A stretch of 28,313 nucleotides of DNA from an uncultured archaeon (GCA_964645535.1 CAZYCQ010000016.1:1-28313); one strand, 5' to 3'; positions 18,190-27,135 are shown, counted from the stretch's first letter. The notes: generated from the letters alone by a model not told the origin. Made by a program: numbers and translations.

Positions 18190-19143
18190 ATGGTTAAAAA
18201 AGTTGATGAGTGGTCGGGAAAAGTCACTCAATGCTCAAAATGTCGACGATGCAAGCTTTTTGTTTCCAATGAGTTCATGAGTGACGATGGATTATGCAAG
18301 GCATGTGAAAACCTGAACATCATTTACGTGGTGGGTGGCATTTTCAGCAAACTCTTCCCTCTTGGAATCCTTTTGGCCGGTCTCATCTGGTTTTTTTCTC
18401 CCGAACTTCGTTTTCTCCTTCTTCCGATCCTACTGCTGATTGTTGCTCCGGCATTTCTCACTGGTGTTTTCCAGTTGCAAATTCATATGATGGGAATCCC
18501 CAAATCTCTTCGTCCTGTTCCCATAATTCGAGCATATGATTTCATACGGTCATACGAGTATTATGATGGCGCCTTGAAATATTGGAAATCCGTTGAACAC
18601 AAGGACAAGGAGCAAACAAAACAGGTGATTGACAAACTCCTCAAGTTCATCATTCTTACCGACAAACCTACTCCCAATAAATGGGTGACACAATGGTCCG
18701 AGGCATCTGGTTTCTCAAAGAAGGAATTTGTCGAGTTCATGATCACTGATATGTCAGAAACCTTCAAGGAAAGCTTGAAACCAAAAATTGGATATGGTGT
18801 TCTTCCAGACCTCTGGGATGGATTGAAAGAATCCTCTGAAGACGCAAAAAGATTCACTTTCGATGTCATATTGGAGTATGTGCAATCATTGGATGATTTT
18901 CTTCCATTTGAACAAAAAGTATTCACCGAAGAACTTTATGTCATCTCGGATGAACTCATCCCAGAACTTGAAAACCTCGATTCGCAAAAATATCGACCAA
19001 TAATTGACCTCATCACCAACTTTGTCCCGGACGAGGTTCCAAAGAACAGGTTGGATGCCATGGTAAAGGCTTCGGAACTTCAAACAAAAATAGGCCAACT
19101 CTCCAAACAAAAAATGGCTGCAAAGTTGCAGAACAGAGAATGA
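18190..19143 (+). CDS. Hypothetical membrane protein: N-terminal Cys cluster, two TM helices, helical soluble domain
   Basis: CSKCRRC...LCKAC, followed by two hydrophobic segments and an acidic helical domain. Confidence 0.7.
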   Translation: MVKKVDEWSGKVTQCSKCRRCKLFVSNEFMSDDGLCKACENLNIIYVVGGIFSKLFPLGILLAGLIWFFSPELRFLLLPILLLIVAPAFLTGVFQLQIHMMGIPKSLRPVPIIRAYDFIRSYEYYDGALKYWKSVEHKDKEQTKQVIDKLLKFIILTDKPTPNKWVTQWSEASGFSKKEFVEFMITDMSETFKESLKPKIGYGVLPDLWDGLKESSEDAKRFTFDVILEYVQSLDDFLPFEQKVFTEELYVISDELIPELENLDSQKYRPIIDLITNFVPDEVPKNRLDAMVKASELQTKIGQLSKQKMAAKLQNRE

Positions 19144-19170
19144 TTCTATCCTCTACAATCTGTCTAAGGG

Positions 19171-19178
19171 TTTATAAA
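19171..19178 (+). promoter_or_regulatory. TATA box upstream of small membrane protein gene
   Basis: TTTATAAA about 23-30 nt upstream of the ATG at 19201. Confidence 0.5.
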
Positions 19179-19200
19179 AATTCAAATTCATGGCGACTAA

Positions 19201-19506
19201 ATGAGTACGGCTGATTCATCTGATTATTACACTAGGGACGAAGCTATTCAATTGACGGTTTTTGGAGTGCTTGGTGCATTGCTTCTGGTGCTTATCCGCA
19301 TGGCTATCGTTTATTGGTCGGAAAACACAGACCAGTTTGGAAGCTTAGACGAGGCAGGTTATTATCTCTTCTTTATGCTCATCGGATTATCCATTGTGCT
19401 GGGAATTGCAGGGTACCTGCTTATTCAATTTGCTTGGTTTGTGGCTAATGTCCTGATCTACTTCACTTTGAATATTCTTCTTGGTGATACTGAACGTCAA
19501 GCTTAA
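19201..19506 (+). CDS. Small hypothetical membrane protein (2-3 TM)
   Basis: 101-aa hydrophobic ORF filling the gap between genes, with a well-spaced TATA box; its stop overlaps the convergent LRR gene stop. Confidence 0.7.
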   Translation: MSTADSSDYYTRDEAIQLTVFGVLGALLLVLIRMAIVYWSENTDQFGSLDEAGYYLFFMLIGLSIVLGIAGYLLIQFAWFVANVLIYFTLNILLGDTERQA

Positions 19507-21569
19507 GAAAATAATTCCATCATTTTTTGTCTTCCTTCAATGAGCATGGCCAGATCTGGAGGAAGTGCTGTATTCAAAAGGTTCAACATCTCAAGATGCT
19601 GAAGGTTGGAAAGGTCGATCACTATGTCCCTAATGGGATTGCCTTCAGCATTGATTCTTCTCAACCTGCTTCCCTCAACGATTACTAGACGCTCAATTGC
19701 ATTGAATGAAATGTCAAGTTCCTCCAAATGTGTACAATCTAATTTTAGAGCATCCATATCCGGGAGTTTGTTGGCTTTCACTTCAAGAACCCTGAGGTTG
19801 GATGCCTTTATGGTGACCTTCTTTAATCGATTATCTCCCAATAGCAAGGTGCGGAGGCTCTCATTTTCTATTTCAAATCTTTCCAATCGATTCCCTGATA
19901 AATCAAGGAATTCCAATGGAAGTTCCGATAAAAAAGAACAACCTGCTTCCAGTCCTGTTTTCCTGATTACCAGCTTCCTCAATGAACTGAACTTGCTCAA
20001 CTGCAAAAGGGAGGCATCCACCAGCGTTTGATCCCGGATCATCAAGCTGACAAGCTTTCCGGCGGCAATGACCGTCTCTCCTTCTGCAATGATCTTGAAC
20101 ACATCAAGCTTTGCTTCCTGCAATGTTTTTGCCAATAGATCCCACATTTTCCAATTTTCCTCAAAATAATCTCTGAATTCCTCCATATCGAATTCATCTA
20201 TGAAATTTCTTCTCCAACAGCTCGGAAGTTTCGTTCCTTTGAGCTTCAGTCCTGAAAGGTGGGGTAATGATTGGGTAAATCCCGCGGGAAGCATTTCCAA
20301 GGGATTGTCTTGCAGATCCAGAAATTCAAGAGCTCCCCAACCTTCAAAATCCTTTTCATTGATGCTCCTGATCCTATTTCCTGAAAGATTCAATCCCTTT
20401 AGGTTCATCAACTGCTTTCTCAGCTTTAAAGAAAGTTTGAATTCCCTGATTCCTAGGTTTGAAAGATCCAATGATATGAGTTTTCCTTCCTTCAATATCG
20501 TCTCCTCTCGCTCCAGCACTTCCTTTGGTGTTGAATCACATTTGAGCTCAGCAAGGACACTGTCGATCAGTTGCATTAACTCAAATCGAAATCTTCTTTT
20601 TTCAACGAACTGTACAATCATTTCTTTCCCGAACAGATTGACTCCATCCTCTCCTAAGGAAGGATTGCCTGAAAGCCAGATTTCTTCCAATTCCTCCAGA
20701 TCAAATAGACTTGGGTCGACAACATGTAAATTGTTGTCAATTGCTACAAGATAACGCAACCTCTTCAATTTCTTTAGATCAGGTAGTGACCGCAGTCTAT
20801 TTGATGAAATGATCAGATGGGTCAAGTGGTGGCACTTGCTCAGATCTCTAGGAAGGAATACCAACTTGTTTTCCCCAAGCCACAAAATTTTCAAAGATTC
20901 CAAAGCTCCAAACGTTCCTTCTTCAATAACTTCAATTTCGTTGGAGGAAAGGTTCAATTCTTCCAAATGGACAAGGTTTTCAAAGGATTTTCTTTCTAGC
21001 CTACGAATGCCCATTGCTGATAGGTTAAGCACACGCAATGATTTCGGAAGATCTAGCATAAGAATCTCATTCTCCATCCTATTGCCATGCAGGTCAAGCT
21101 GTTCCAACCTAGAAAAAGAATGGAATTCAGATCGTCCAAAAGATTTTATCTCATTGTTGGCAAGGTTCAATGTTTTCAGCTCCTTGCAGATCCTTATCGC
21201 AGCAGGAACCGAATTGAGTTGATTTCCAGAAACATCAATTATTGTTACCTGATTGTTCTTCGGAAAAAGAACTGAAGGCAGATTCTGGAATTTGTTTCCC
21301 TGCAACTGGAGTGTTTCCAGTTGCTTCAGATCAATGAAGGCTTCCTTTTCAATACTTCCGATCCGGTTCAGGGAAAGATCAAGGTGCCTAAGGCTTGAAC
21401 ATTCCTGAAATGCATCCTTGGGAACCCTTGTGATACCTAAATCTGAAAGGTTCACTGAAATGAGCTTACCATTGACCATTCGGGTTCCCTCTCGACTAAT
21501 GATCTCGTCATATTTGTGACCTAAATTGAGTGACTTCAAAAGCCACATGAGATCAAGGTTTTTGACCAT
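19503..21569 (-). CDS. Leucine-rich repeat protein (three LRR blocks)
   Basis: About 20 LxxLxLxxNxL repeats (LRHLDLSLNRI, LETLQLQGNKF, LEELNLSSNEI, LKGLNLSGNRI); no signal peptide apparent. Confidence 0.93.
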   Translation of the reverse strand: MVKNLDLMWLLKSLNLGHKYDEIISREGTRMVNGKLISVNLSDLGITRVPKDAFQECSSLRHLDLSLNRIGSIEKEAFIDLKQLETLQLQGNKFQNLPSVLFPKNNQVTIIDVSGNQLNSVPAAIRICKELKTLNLANNEIKSFGRSEFHSFSRLEQLDLHGNRMENEILMLDLPKSLRVLNLSAMGIRRLERKSFENLVHLEELNLSSNEIEVIEEGTFGALESLKILWLGENKLVFLPRDLSKCHHLTHLIISSNRLRSLPDLKKLKRLRYLVAIDNNLHVVDPSLFDLEELEEIWLSGNPSLGEDGVNLFGKEMIVQFVEKRRFRFELMQLIDSVLAELKCDSTPKEVLEREETILKEGKLISLDLSNLGIREFKLSLKLRKQLMNLKGLNLSGNRIRSINEKDFEGWGALEFLDLQDNPLEMLPAGFTQSLPHLSGLKLKGTKLPSCWRRNFIDEFDMEEFRDYFEENWKMWDLLAKTLQEAKLDVFKIIAEGETVIAAGKLVSLMIRDQTLVDASLLQLSKFSSLRKLVIRKTGLEAGCSFLSELPLEFLDLSGNRLERFEIENESLRTLLLGDNRLKKVTIKASNLRVLEVKANKLPDMDALKLDCTHLEELDISFNAIERLVIVEGSRLRRINAEGNPIRDIVIDLSNLQHLEMLNLLNTALPPDLAMLIEGRQKMMELFS

Positions 21570-21671
21570 CCAACTAATCTATTGGCTGTCAGTGAAAAAT
21601 TTATCCTTCCCTTCCTTCATTGAAACTGATTGACTGCAAATACCTTATTACCAGTTTTTCAAATCTGAACC

Positions 21672-22979
21672 ATGGAACGATCATTCTTGGCAAGAAAAGT
21701 TCTTGTCGGGACAGAAATCTGGGAAGATACTGTCATTTCCATCAAGAACGGAATCATCACGGCAATTGAAAAACTCGAGGAAACCACTATTGATCCAAAA
21801 GAAATGAGACCCCTTGATGGACTTTTACTGCCGGGATTGGTCAATGGGCATTCCCACGCCTTTCAGGTCTATCTCAGAGGAAGGGCTGACCATCCCCAAA
21901 ATTTCCGAGAATGGGTTGATTCATTCCTCTATCCGCTAGTCCTAGAACTTGATGAAAAACGCCTTTATCAAGCCTCCTACATTGCCTTCCGCCAAATGAT
22001 CCGAAATGGTGTGACTACTGTGGGCGAGTTTCATTATATCCATAATCTTGGAGAAGAAACAAAGGAGCCTGCAGAAATCGTAATACGGGCTGCAATGGAT
22101 GCGGGAATACGTATCCGTCTTCTTTATACAGGCTATGACCTGGGAAAAAAGGAAGGGCAGAAAAGATTCCACCGAACACCTTCTGAAGTTCTTGAATCCC
22201 TGAACTTTCTTTGGGAAAAATACCACGAAACCCCAACCGTCCATATAGGTGCTGCCCCACATTCGCTTCACGGTGCCTCTTCCGAAATGATCCAATCGCT
22301 TACTGATTGGGCAACACAGAAAAATGAAATCGCCCATATCCACCTTGCCGAGCAGAAAAACGATATTCAAGAATCCCTTGACAACTTCGGCAAACGACCT
22401 GTAGAGGTGCTGGATTCTTTGGATGCACTTTCTCCCCACCTTTCAATTGTCCACGGAATCTGGCTCGACGAAGATGAGATCGAACTTTTGGGCCAGAATG
22501 ACGTCAAGCATGTCTACAACCCCCTTACCAACATGTATTTGGGAGATGGAATTGCCGACCTTCCTTCCTACCTCAAATACGGAGTGCCTACCTCTGTCGG
22601 AACGGATGCAAATGTCTCCTTGGATCTCTTGAAGGAAGTCCGAACGGCAGAATGGCTCCAGAGGATCAAATTTCTTGAAATGGGCATTCTCAAACGATTC
22701 GCAAAGAAGAGCATTGATCACGAACTCTTTGCCATGGCAACACGAAATGGAGGTTTGGCTCTCAACCTACCCGTTGGAGAAATAAAGGTGGGAAACTTTG
22801 CCGATTTCATCCTCATCGATGACAGAGATATCTCTCTTATTCCCAATTCCCCCTTCCTGAACCAACTCATCTCATCCTATTCCATGTCACATGGATTGCG
22901 GGCCGTCTGGGTAGCCGGGAACTTGGTTCATGAATCCAAAAACACCTCACGATTCTCTTCCCCGAAGAAGGAAAGTTAA
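21672..22979 (+). CDS. Metal-dependent amidohydrolase (formimidoylglutamate deiminase / MTA-SAH deaminase group)
   Basis: LLPGLVNGHSHAFQ, GVTTVGEFHYIH, APHSLH, HIHLAEQ, VHG, GTD, GEIKVGNFADF. HSHAFQ and EFHY.H are HutF-like. Confidence 0.88.
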   Translation: MERSFLARKVLVGTEIWEDTVISIKNGIITAIEKLEETTIDPKEMRPLDGLLLPGLVNGHSHAFQVYLRGRADHPQNFREWVDSFLYPLVLELDEKRLYQASYIAFRQMIRNGVTTVGEFHYIHNLGEETKEPAEIVIRAAMDAGIRIRLLYTGYDLGKKEGQKRFHRTPSEVLESLNFLWEKYHETPTVHIGAAPHSLHGASSEMIQSLTDWATQKNEIAHIHLAEQKNDIQESLDNFGKRPVEVLDSLDALSPHLSIVHGIWLDEDEIELLGQNDVKHVYNPLTNMYLGDGIADLPSYLKYGVPTSVGTDANVSLDLLKEVRTAEWLQRIKFLEMGILKRFAKKSIDHELFAMATRNGGLALNLPVGEIKVGNFADFILIDDRDISLIPNSPFLNQLISSYSMSHGLRAVWVAGNLVHESKNTSRFSSPKKES

Positions 22980-23012
22980 TTATACCTCAAATCCAAATTA
23001 AATTGAGTTCAG

Positions 23013-24083
23013 ATGGATTTCAAAACAAACGTTTCGTTGAGTTCCGAACAACTCGCCGACCTCTTTGAAATTTTTGCCATGACCATTCGCCAGACAAAGA
23101 ACATCAAAATTCCCTTAGGCAACTCGGAAATGACGATAGATCTTGCAGAAAATATTGGTCTGGTCATTGATTTCTCCCAAGAAAAAACCACCTCAAGACT
23201 GAATTTGACACTTCAATGGGTTCCCCATGCAGAAATAAGTCGTCAATCTGACATGCCCAGAGCCGAGCCGCCCCAACCGAAATCCATTCCTCGTCCCACC
23301 GAAACTGCCATACCACCCGCGGCCGTTCCTCCTCCTGCTTCAGTCCCTGCGTCCCCTCCTTCAACCGCTGTACCGCCTCCCGTATCGGCTCCTGCCTCTC
23401 CACAGGTTCCTGCATCACCTCCACAAACTGTCCCTACCCAACAACCAACCACCACTTCTGCAAAACTCAGTGACAGAAGGTTACCTCAAAGAATCCAGCT
23501 GAATACCACAACCATTTCGGGAAATGGAGGAGGTCAATTTGTTAGTGCATTTTCGGGTTCTTCCTCCTCAAAATGGAAATTGGCAATAGGTGAACAGCAA
23601 CAGGAACCACCAGAGGAAAAGAAAGAAGAGGATCTTTTTGCAAGCCTTGATGCCAAAATCAAAAAAGAACCAAAGAAGAAAAAAGCAGTTCCTGAACCCA
23701 TTGGACTCATCCCTACCGCAAAGACACCTGAAGTCGAGGTCGACGAAAAGGAAGTTCTCCAATGGAAGGAACCGGTACCCGAAGAAAACGTCACCAATGA
23801 CGATTGGCAAAAACCATCCGAACTCTTGAAAAAACAAGGAGGGACTCCTCCCCCACCGACTGTCCCATCGCCCAAATCAGCTCCCCAAGCCCCTGCCCCT
23901 CCAAGAAAAAGACCGGCTCCCTCAGCAACATTGAAAAAACCAGATTACGATCTTCCTCCCCCTCCCTCAATGCCGGCCGCCAATATCCCCAAAGGCGCCC
24001 CCATCCCCCCTGATGTGAAAAAGAAACAGCAGTCCAAGGATACAAAGAAAGAAAAGAAAATTGGTTGGTCCGATTGGGACTGA
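23013..24083 (+). CDS. Amphi-Trp-like N-terminal domain fused to long Pro-rich disordered region ending in WSDWD
   Basis: aa 1-70 (SSEQLADLFEIFA...LVIDF...LNLTLQW) have the amphipathic-helix/beta/terminal-Trp pattern of amphi-Trp domains; the rest is Pro/Lys/Glu-rich. Confidence 0.7.
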   Translation: MDFKTNVSLSSEQLADLFEIFAMTIRQTKNIKIPLGNSEMTIDLAENIGLVIDFSQEKTTSRLNLTLQWVPHAEISRQSDMPRAEPPQPKSIPRPTETAIPPAAVPPPASVPASPPSTAVPPPVSAPASPQVPASPPQTVPTQQPTTTSAKLSDRRLPQRIQLNTTTISGNGGGQFVSAFSGSSSSKWKLAIGEQQQEPPEEKKEEDLFASLDAKIKKEPKKKKAVPEPIGLIPTAKTPEVEVDEKEVLQWKEPVPEENVTNDDWQKPSELLKKQGGTPPPPTVPSPKSAPQAPAPPRKRPAPSATLKKPDYDLPPPPSMPAANIPKGAPIPPDVKKKQQSKDTKKEKKIGWSDWD

Positions 24084-24124
24084 ATCATACCCCTTTTAGT
24101 AACATCTGACCCTTTTAAATTAAA

Positions 24125-25609
24125 TTGAAACACTACACACTCACAATCCTACTGCTCATTGTCACCACACCGACAATCGCACAAATTCCAGACCAACCAT
24201 CCGTTGACTTTGAAATCTATTATGGATATGAATGGGGTGCCGCCGGTATTGCCTCTGCCCTCATCAGCTCAACGACCATCATCCCTCCTCCCGTTAACCT
24301 GAATGCCTCTATCCAGAAAGCAATTGACTACATCATCCAAAACAGATTCCGATTCCAAGGAAATGACTATTTCGCATGGGAAAAAGGACCAAAACTCCAA
24401 ACCGGTATCTATCCTGGAATCAAATACGGCGCGGCAGGCATAATCCTAACTCTCACCGATGCATATCAATACTCCAAAAACGACTCCTATCTGGACTTGG
24501 CAAAAACCACAATGCAGGAACTCATGAACCAAGCCGTCGATAACCTGACACTGCCCCATTGGGGATACAGCTATGGCACTCCATCATCCGGCGATGGAAT
24601 CGCCCTTACAGGAATCAACTTCGGTGCAACAGGCGTGATCAAAGCCGCATTGGCACTCTACAAAACCACTAAGGACACATCCTACCTGCAAATTGCACAG
24701 AAAATCTTCAATTGGATACATTCCGTCTCCCAGACCAAAGGAAATGATATAATCTCTGTCCCATGGTATACCCATGTACCCGGATTCCTGTCCGTCGAAA
24801 TCTATGAATATGCCAGAGGAATGGCAGGAATTGCTCCGACACTCATGGAACTCGGAATCCTCGCCCAAAATACCACCATACAGGAATTCGCCAGAAAACT
24901 AGGCAACTATCTGGTTCAGACACAACTCGATGACGGAAGCTGGACCATACAGAACGATACGGACATCTCAACACCATTCCTCGGAACTGGAACCGCAGGA
25001 ATCATCCTCGGCCTTCATGAGACACAAAAACTTGCACAACAAAATTGGTACGATCAGGCCATCCAAGCCGGCATCAAAAATCTCATTGCACAACTCAAGC
25101 AAGGGATCATCTCCATTGATGACAAGATGGCACACAACTCCCTCTATGAAGGAACACTAGGTGTATTCCATGCCCTCTTCCTCCTTGAAGAACACCTCTC
25201 CGATGAACAAGATCAGACCGTCAATGAACAGTTCCAAGCATTCCTCAACTCCCAAATCGTCATTGCAACCGATGCACAACAACAACTTCTCTTCCTCAAA
25301 CTCGACCCCGAAACCGCATCAAGATTCGACCTATCTCTCGGAAACGGACTTGCTGGACTCGTCAGCTCTCTCTCTCAGATCAAAAAGAACCCGGAAATAA
25401 CCATCAACGAAAAAACATATCCCGTACTTCAAACTGCTGTCCAGACACTCATCTCCCTGCAAAACCCAAATGGATCATGGAACAGGCAAGTGACAACCTC
25501 TCTCCCCATCATATCAAATACTCCTGCCAAAACATCACCCCTTCCATTCCTTGTAATGACCATCGCAATACTGATCCTCTCAAGAAAAAAAATCTCCAAT
25601 ACGAAATGA
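24125..25609 (+). CDS. Secreted, C-terminally anchored LanC-like (alpha/alpha)-barrel protein lacking Zn ligands
   Basis: Signal peptide; seven GxxG helix-start motifs (WGAAGI, YGAAGI, FGATGV, RGMAGI, TGTAGI, EGTLGV, NGLAGL); two QW motifs (QLDDGSW, QNPNGSW); C-terminal TM plus basic tail. TTG start. Confidence 0.75.
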   Translation: MKHYTLTILLLIVTTPTIAQIPDQPSVDFEIYYGYEWGAAGIASALISSTTIIPPPVNLNASIQKAIDYIIQNRFRFQGNDYFAWEKGPKLQTGIYPGIKYGAAGIILTLTDAYQYSKNDSYLDLAKTTMQELMNQAVDNLTLPHWGYSYGTPSSGDGIALTGINFGATGVIKAALALYKTTKDTSYLQIAQKIFNWIHSVSQTKGNDIISVPWYTHVPGFLSVEIYEYARGMAGIAPTLMELGILAQNTTIQEFARKLGNYLVQTQLDDGSWTIQNDTDISTPFLGTGTAGIILGLHETQKLAQQNWYDQAIQAGIKNLIAQLKQGIISIDDKMAHNSLYEGTLGVFHALFLLEEHLSDEQDQTVNEQFQAFLNSQIVIATDAQQQLLFLKLDPETASRFDLSLGNGLAGLVSSLSQIKKNPEITINEKTYPVLQTAVQTLISLQNPNGSWNRQVTTSLPIISNTPAKTSPLPFLVMTIAILILSRKKISNTK

Positions 25610-26089
25610 TCCCTTCCCCCAAATCTCGTTCTGTGTCTCTATGAACAACCCCAACGGCTCAATGAACCCCTCGAAAACCTTCTCGACCTCTTCACGAACA
25701 TCACGCTCCTGCGATTCATACAGCAACTTCACAATCCCGTCCCGAAGTGTAGGAAGGAGATCTCGAAGACCTGAAAGAACTATCAACCCACGGGCATCAC
25801 TCGGTGTCAAAACTATCGAAACCATATAATCATCAGTACCCCCTCGAGCACTACTCCTCGGTACCCGAAATATCAGATTGTAACTCATGAAATACGGATT
25901 CGAAAAAATAAAAGGCTCACGCAACAAAATCTCGTCCTGAATGTCCATCAAGGAAGGAAGAAGACCCAAAATCTTCTCCGACAAAGGATTCGTAAACTTA
26001 GGAGAAACCGTCACCAGCTCTGGACCTATGACCTCATCAAAATAACACAGCACAATGTGAAAACTCTCCTCTATGCTCTCCTGATCCAT
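25580..26089 (-). CDS. uDENN/longin-domain protein
   Basis: N-terminal HIVLCYFDEVIGPELVTVSP resembles the F-x4-GP motif of uDENN/NPR2/Avl9/folliculin-type longin domains; ARGG followed by YMVSIVL also fits that pattern. Confidence 0.68.
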   Translation of the reverse strand: MDQESIEESFHIVLCYFDEVIGPELVTVSPKFTNPLSEKILGLLPSLMDIQDEILLREPFIFSNPYFMSYNLIFRVPRSSARGGTDDYMVSIVLTPSDARGLIVLSGLRDLLPTLRDGIVKLLYESQERDVREEVEKVFEGFIEPLGLFIETQNEIWGKGSFRIGDFFS

Positions 26090-26184
26090 ACCACCTCTTC
26101 AGATTCCATCATTTAAATCATTTCTAGACATTGCTTACCCACCTACCGAATAGGTTTTATCCATAAAAATCTCACCTCAATCAT

Positions 26185-27012
26185 ATGTCATTACCAATGG
26201 AATACCAAATGTTGCAGAAAAAATTGACCAAGGAAATGTTCCAGAAAATGGACGAAGACCTCGTAGACATCATCCTATACGGATCTGGCGTCTCAGGAAA
26301 CATGTTCTCTGGCGTATCCGACCTCAACTTCATATTCGTAATAAAAGACAACCCATCCCAGCCAGCCGACAAAATCGTCAACAAAATCTCTGAAATCATA
26401 AAAAACTACAGAGATAACCCAATGTTCGCTACAATGATAAACCAAACAATATGCTTCCAATCTCAACTGCCAAACCAAGAATCCCTCGGAGGATTCTCCC
26501 CAATAATATCTCTCGCCATGAAAGAGGCAAAATCACTCAAAAATAACGATAAACCCTTCCAAAATATTAACATCGACAAAACTCAACTCAAACAGGACGC
26601 TCTAAATGCACTACGTGAAATATTCAACAAAATAACTGAAATACTCGCAATACCTCAATTCCTTGATGAAGAAAACCAATCGATCGAACAGGAAAAACAA
26701 TACCTTGCAATCGAAAATGGACTACTTGCAACACAAATTTACCTCATGACAAAGAAAAATAAATACATCCCAAAAGCAGAACTCGAATTCATCGCTGAAG
26801 ATGAAGAAAAAGAAAATATCGACTACGAAATCGTAAAAATTATCGCAACCAAAAGACAAGGTGCAGACTTCGCTGGGGCTGTATTCGAAACTGACCAAGA
26901 AGACGTAGCCGAAAAATCTGATGACCCGGCCCTAATTTATAACATCCCTGACCTGTACGAAAGAGTGGTAAACCTCATCGCAAAATTAATACAACTAACC
27001 GCAAACCTCTGA
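26185..27012 (+). CDS. Pol-beta superfamily nucleotidyltransferase-like domain plus helical (HEPN/substrate-binding-like) C-terminal domain
   Basis: DIILYGSGVSG...SDLNFIFVIKD (hGS...DxD, with the second Asp replaced by Asn); helical C-terminal half. Confidence 0.68.
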   Translation: MSLPMEYQMLQKKLTKEMFQKMDEDLVDIILYGSGVSGNMFSGVSDLNFIFVIKDNPSQPADKIVNKISEIIKNYRDNPMFATMINQTICFQSQLPNQESLGGFSPIISLAMKEAKSLKNNDKPFQNINIDKTQLKQDALNALREIFNKITEILAIPQFLDEENQSIEQEKQYLAIENGLLATQIYLMTKKNKYIPKAELEFIAEDEEKENIDYEIVKIIATKRQGADFAGAVFETDQEDVAEKSDDPALIYNIPDLYERVVNLIAKLIQLTANL

Positions 27013-27062
27013 AAACTCTACCGAAATATTTTTCTGAAAACAAAAAATAACCAAAATTGAAC

Positions 27063-27135
27063 AGCCCTGTGGTGTAGTGGCCAATCATAGCGGACTCTGG
27101 ATCCGTTGACCCCGGTTCAAATCCGGGCAGGGCTA
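27063..27135 (+). tRNA. tRNA-Gln (anticodon CTG), intronless, CCA not encoded
   Basis: Acceptor stem AGCCCTG/CAGGGCT plus discriminator A; anticodon arm GCGGA-CTCTGGA-TCCGT; T arm CCCGG-TTCAAAT-CCGGG; A1-U72 pair typical of archaeal tRNA-Gln. Confidence 0.97.

Noticed and set aside
19606-21275. Long plus-strand ORFs antisense to the LRR gene, and similar shadow ORFs elsewhere (7013-7435, 12120-12578, 14756-15208, 23164-24045)
   Set aside because: Antisense shadows of well-supported genes, with Ser/Phe-rich or Gly-rich mirror composition and no recognisable motifs.
23250-23460. C-rich quasi-repeats as a DNA-level repeat element
   Set aside because: Explained by Pro/Ala/Ser codons in the low-complexity linker; the units are not nucleotide-identical.
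24125-25609. Lanthipeptide biosynthetic cluster
   Set aside because: No Zn-binding Cys, the protein is secreted, and there is no LanB/LanM, precursor peptide or exporter nearby.
26185-27012. CCA-adding enzyme next to a CCA-less tRNA
   Set aside because: Too short for an archaeal class I CCA enzyme and lacks the DxD pair.
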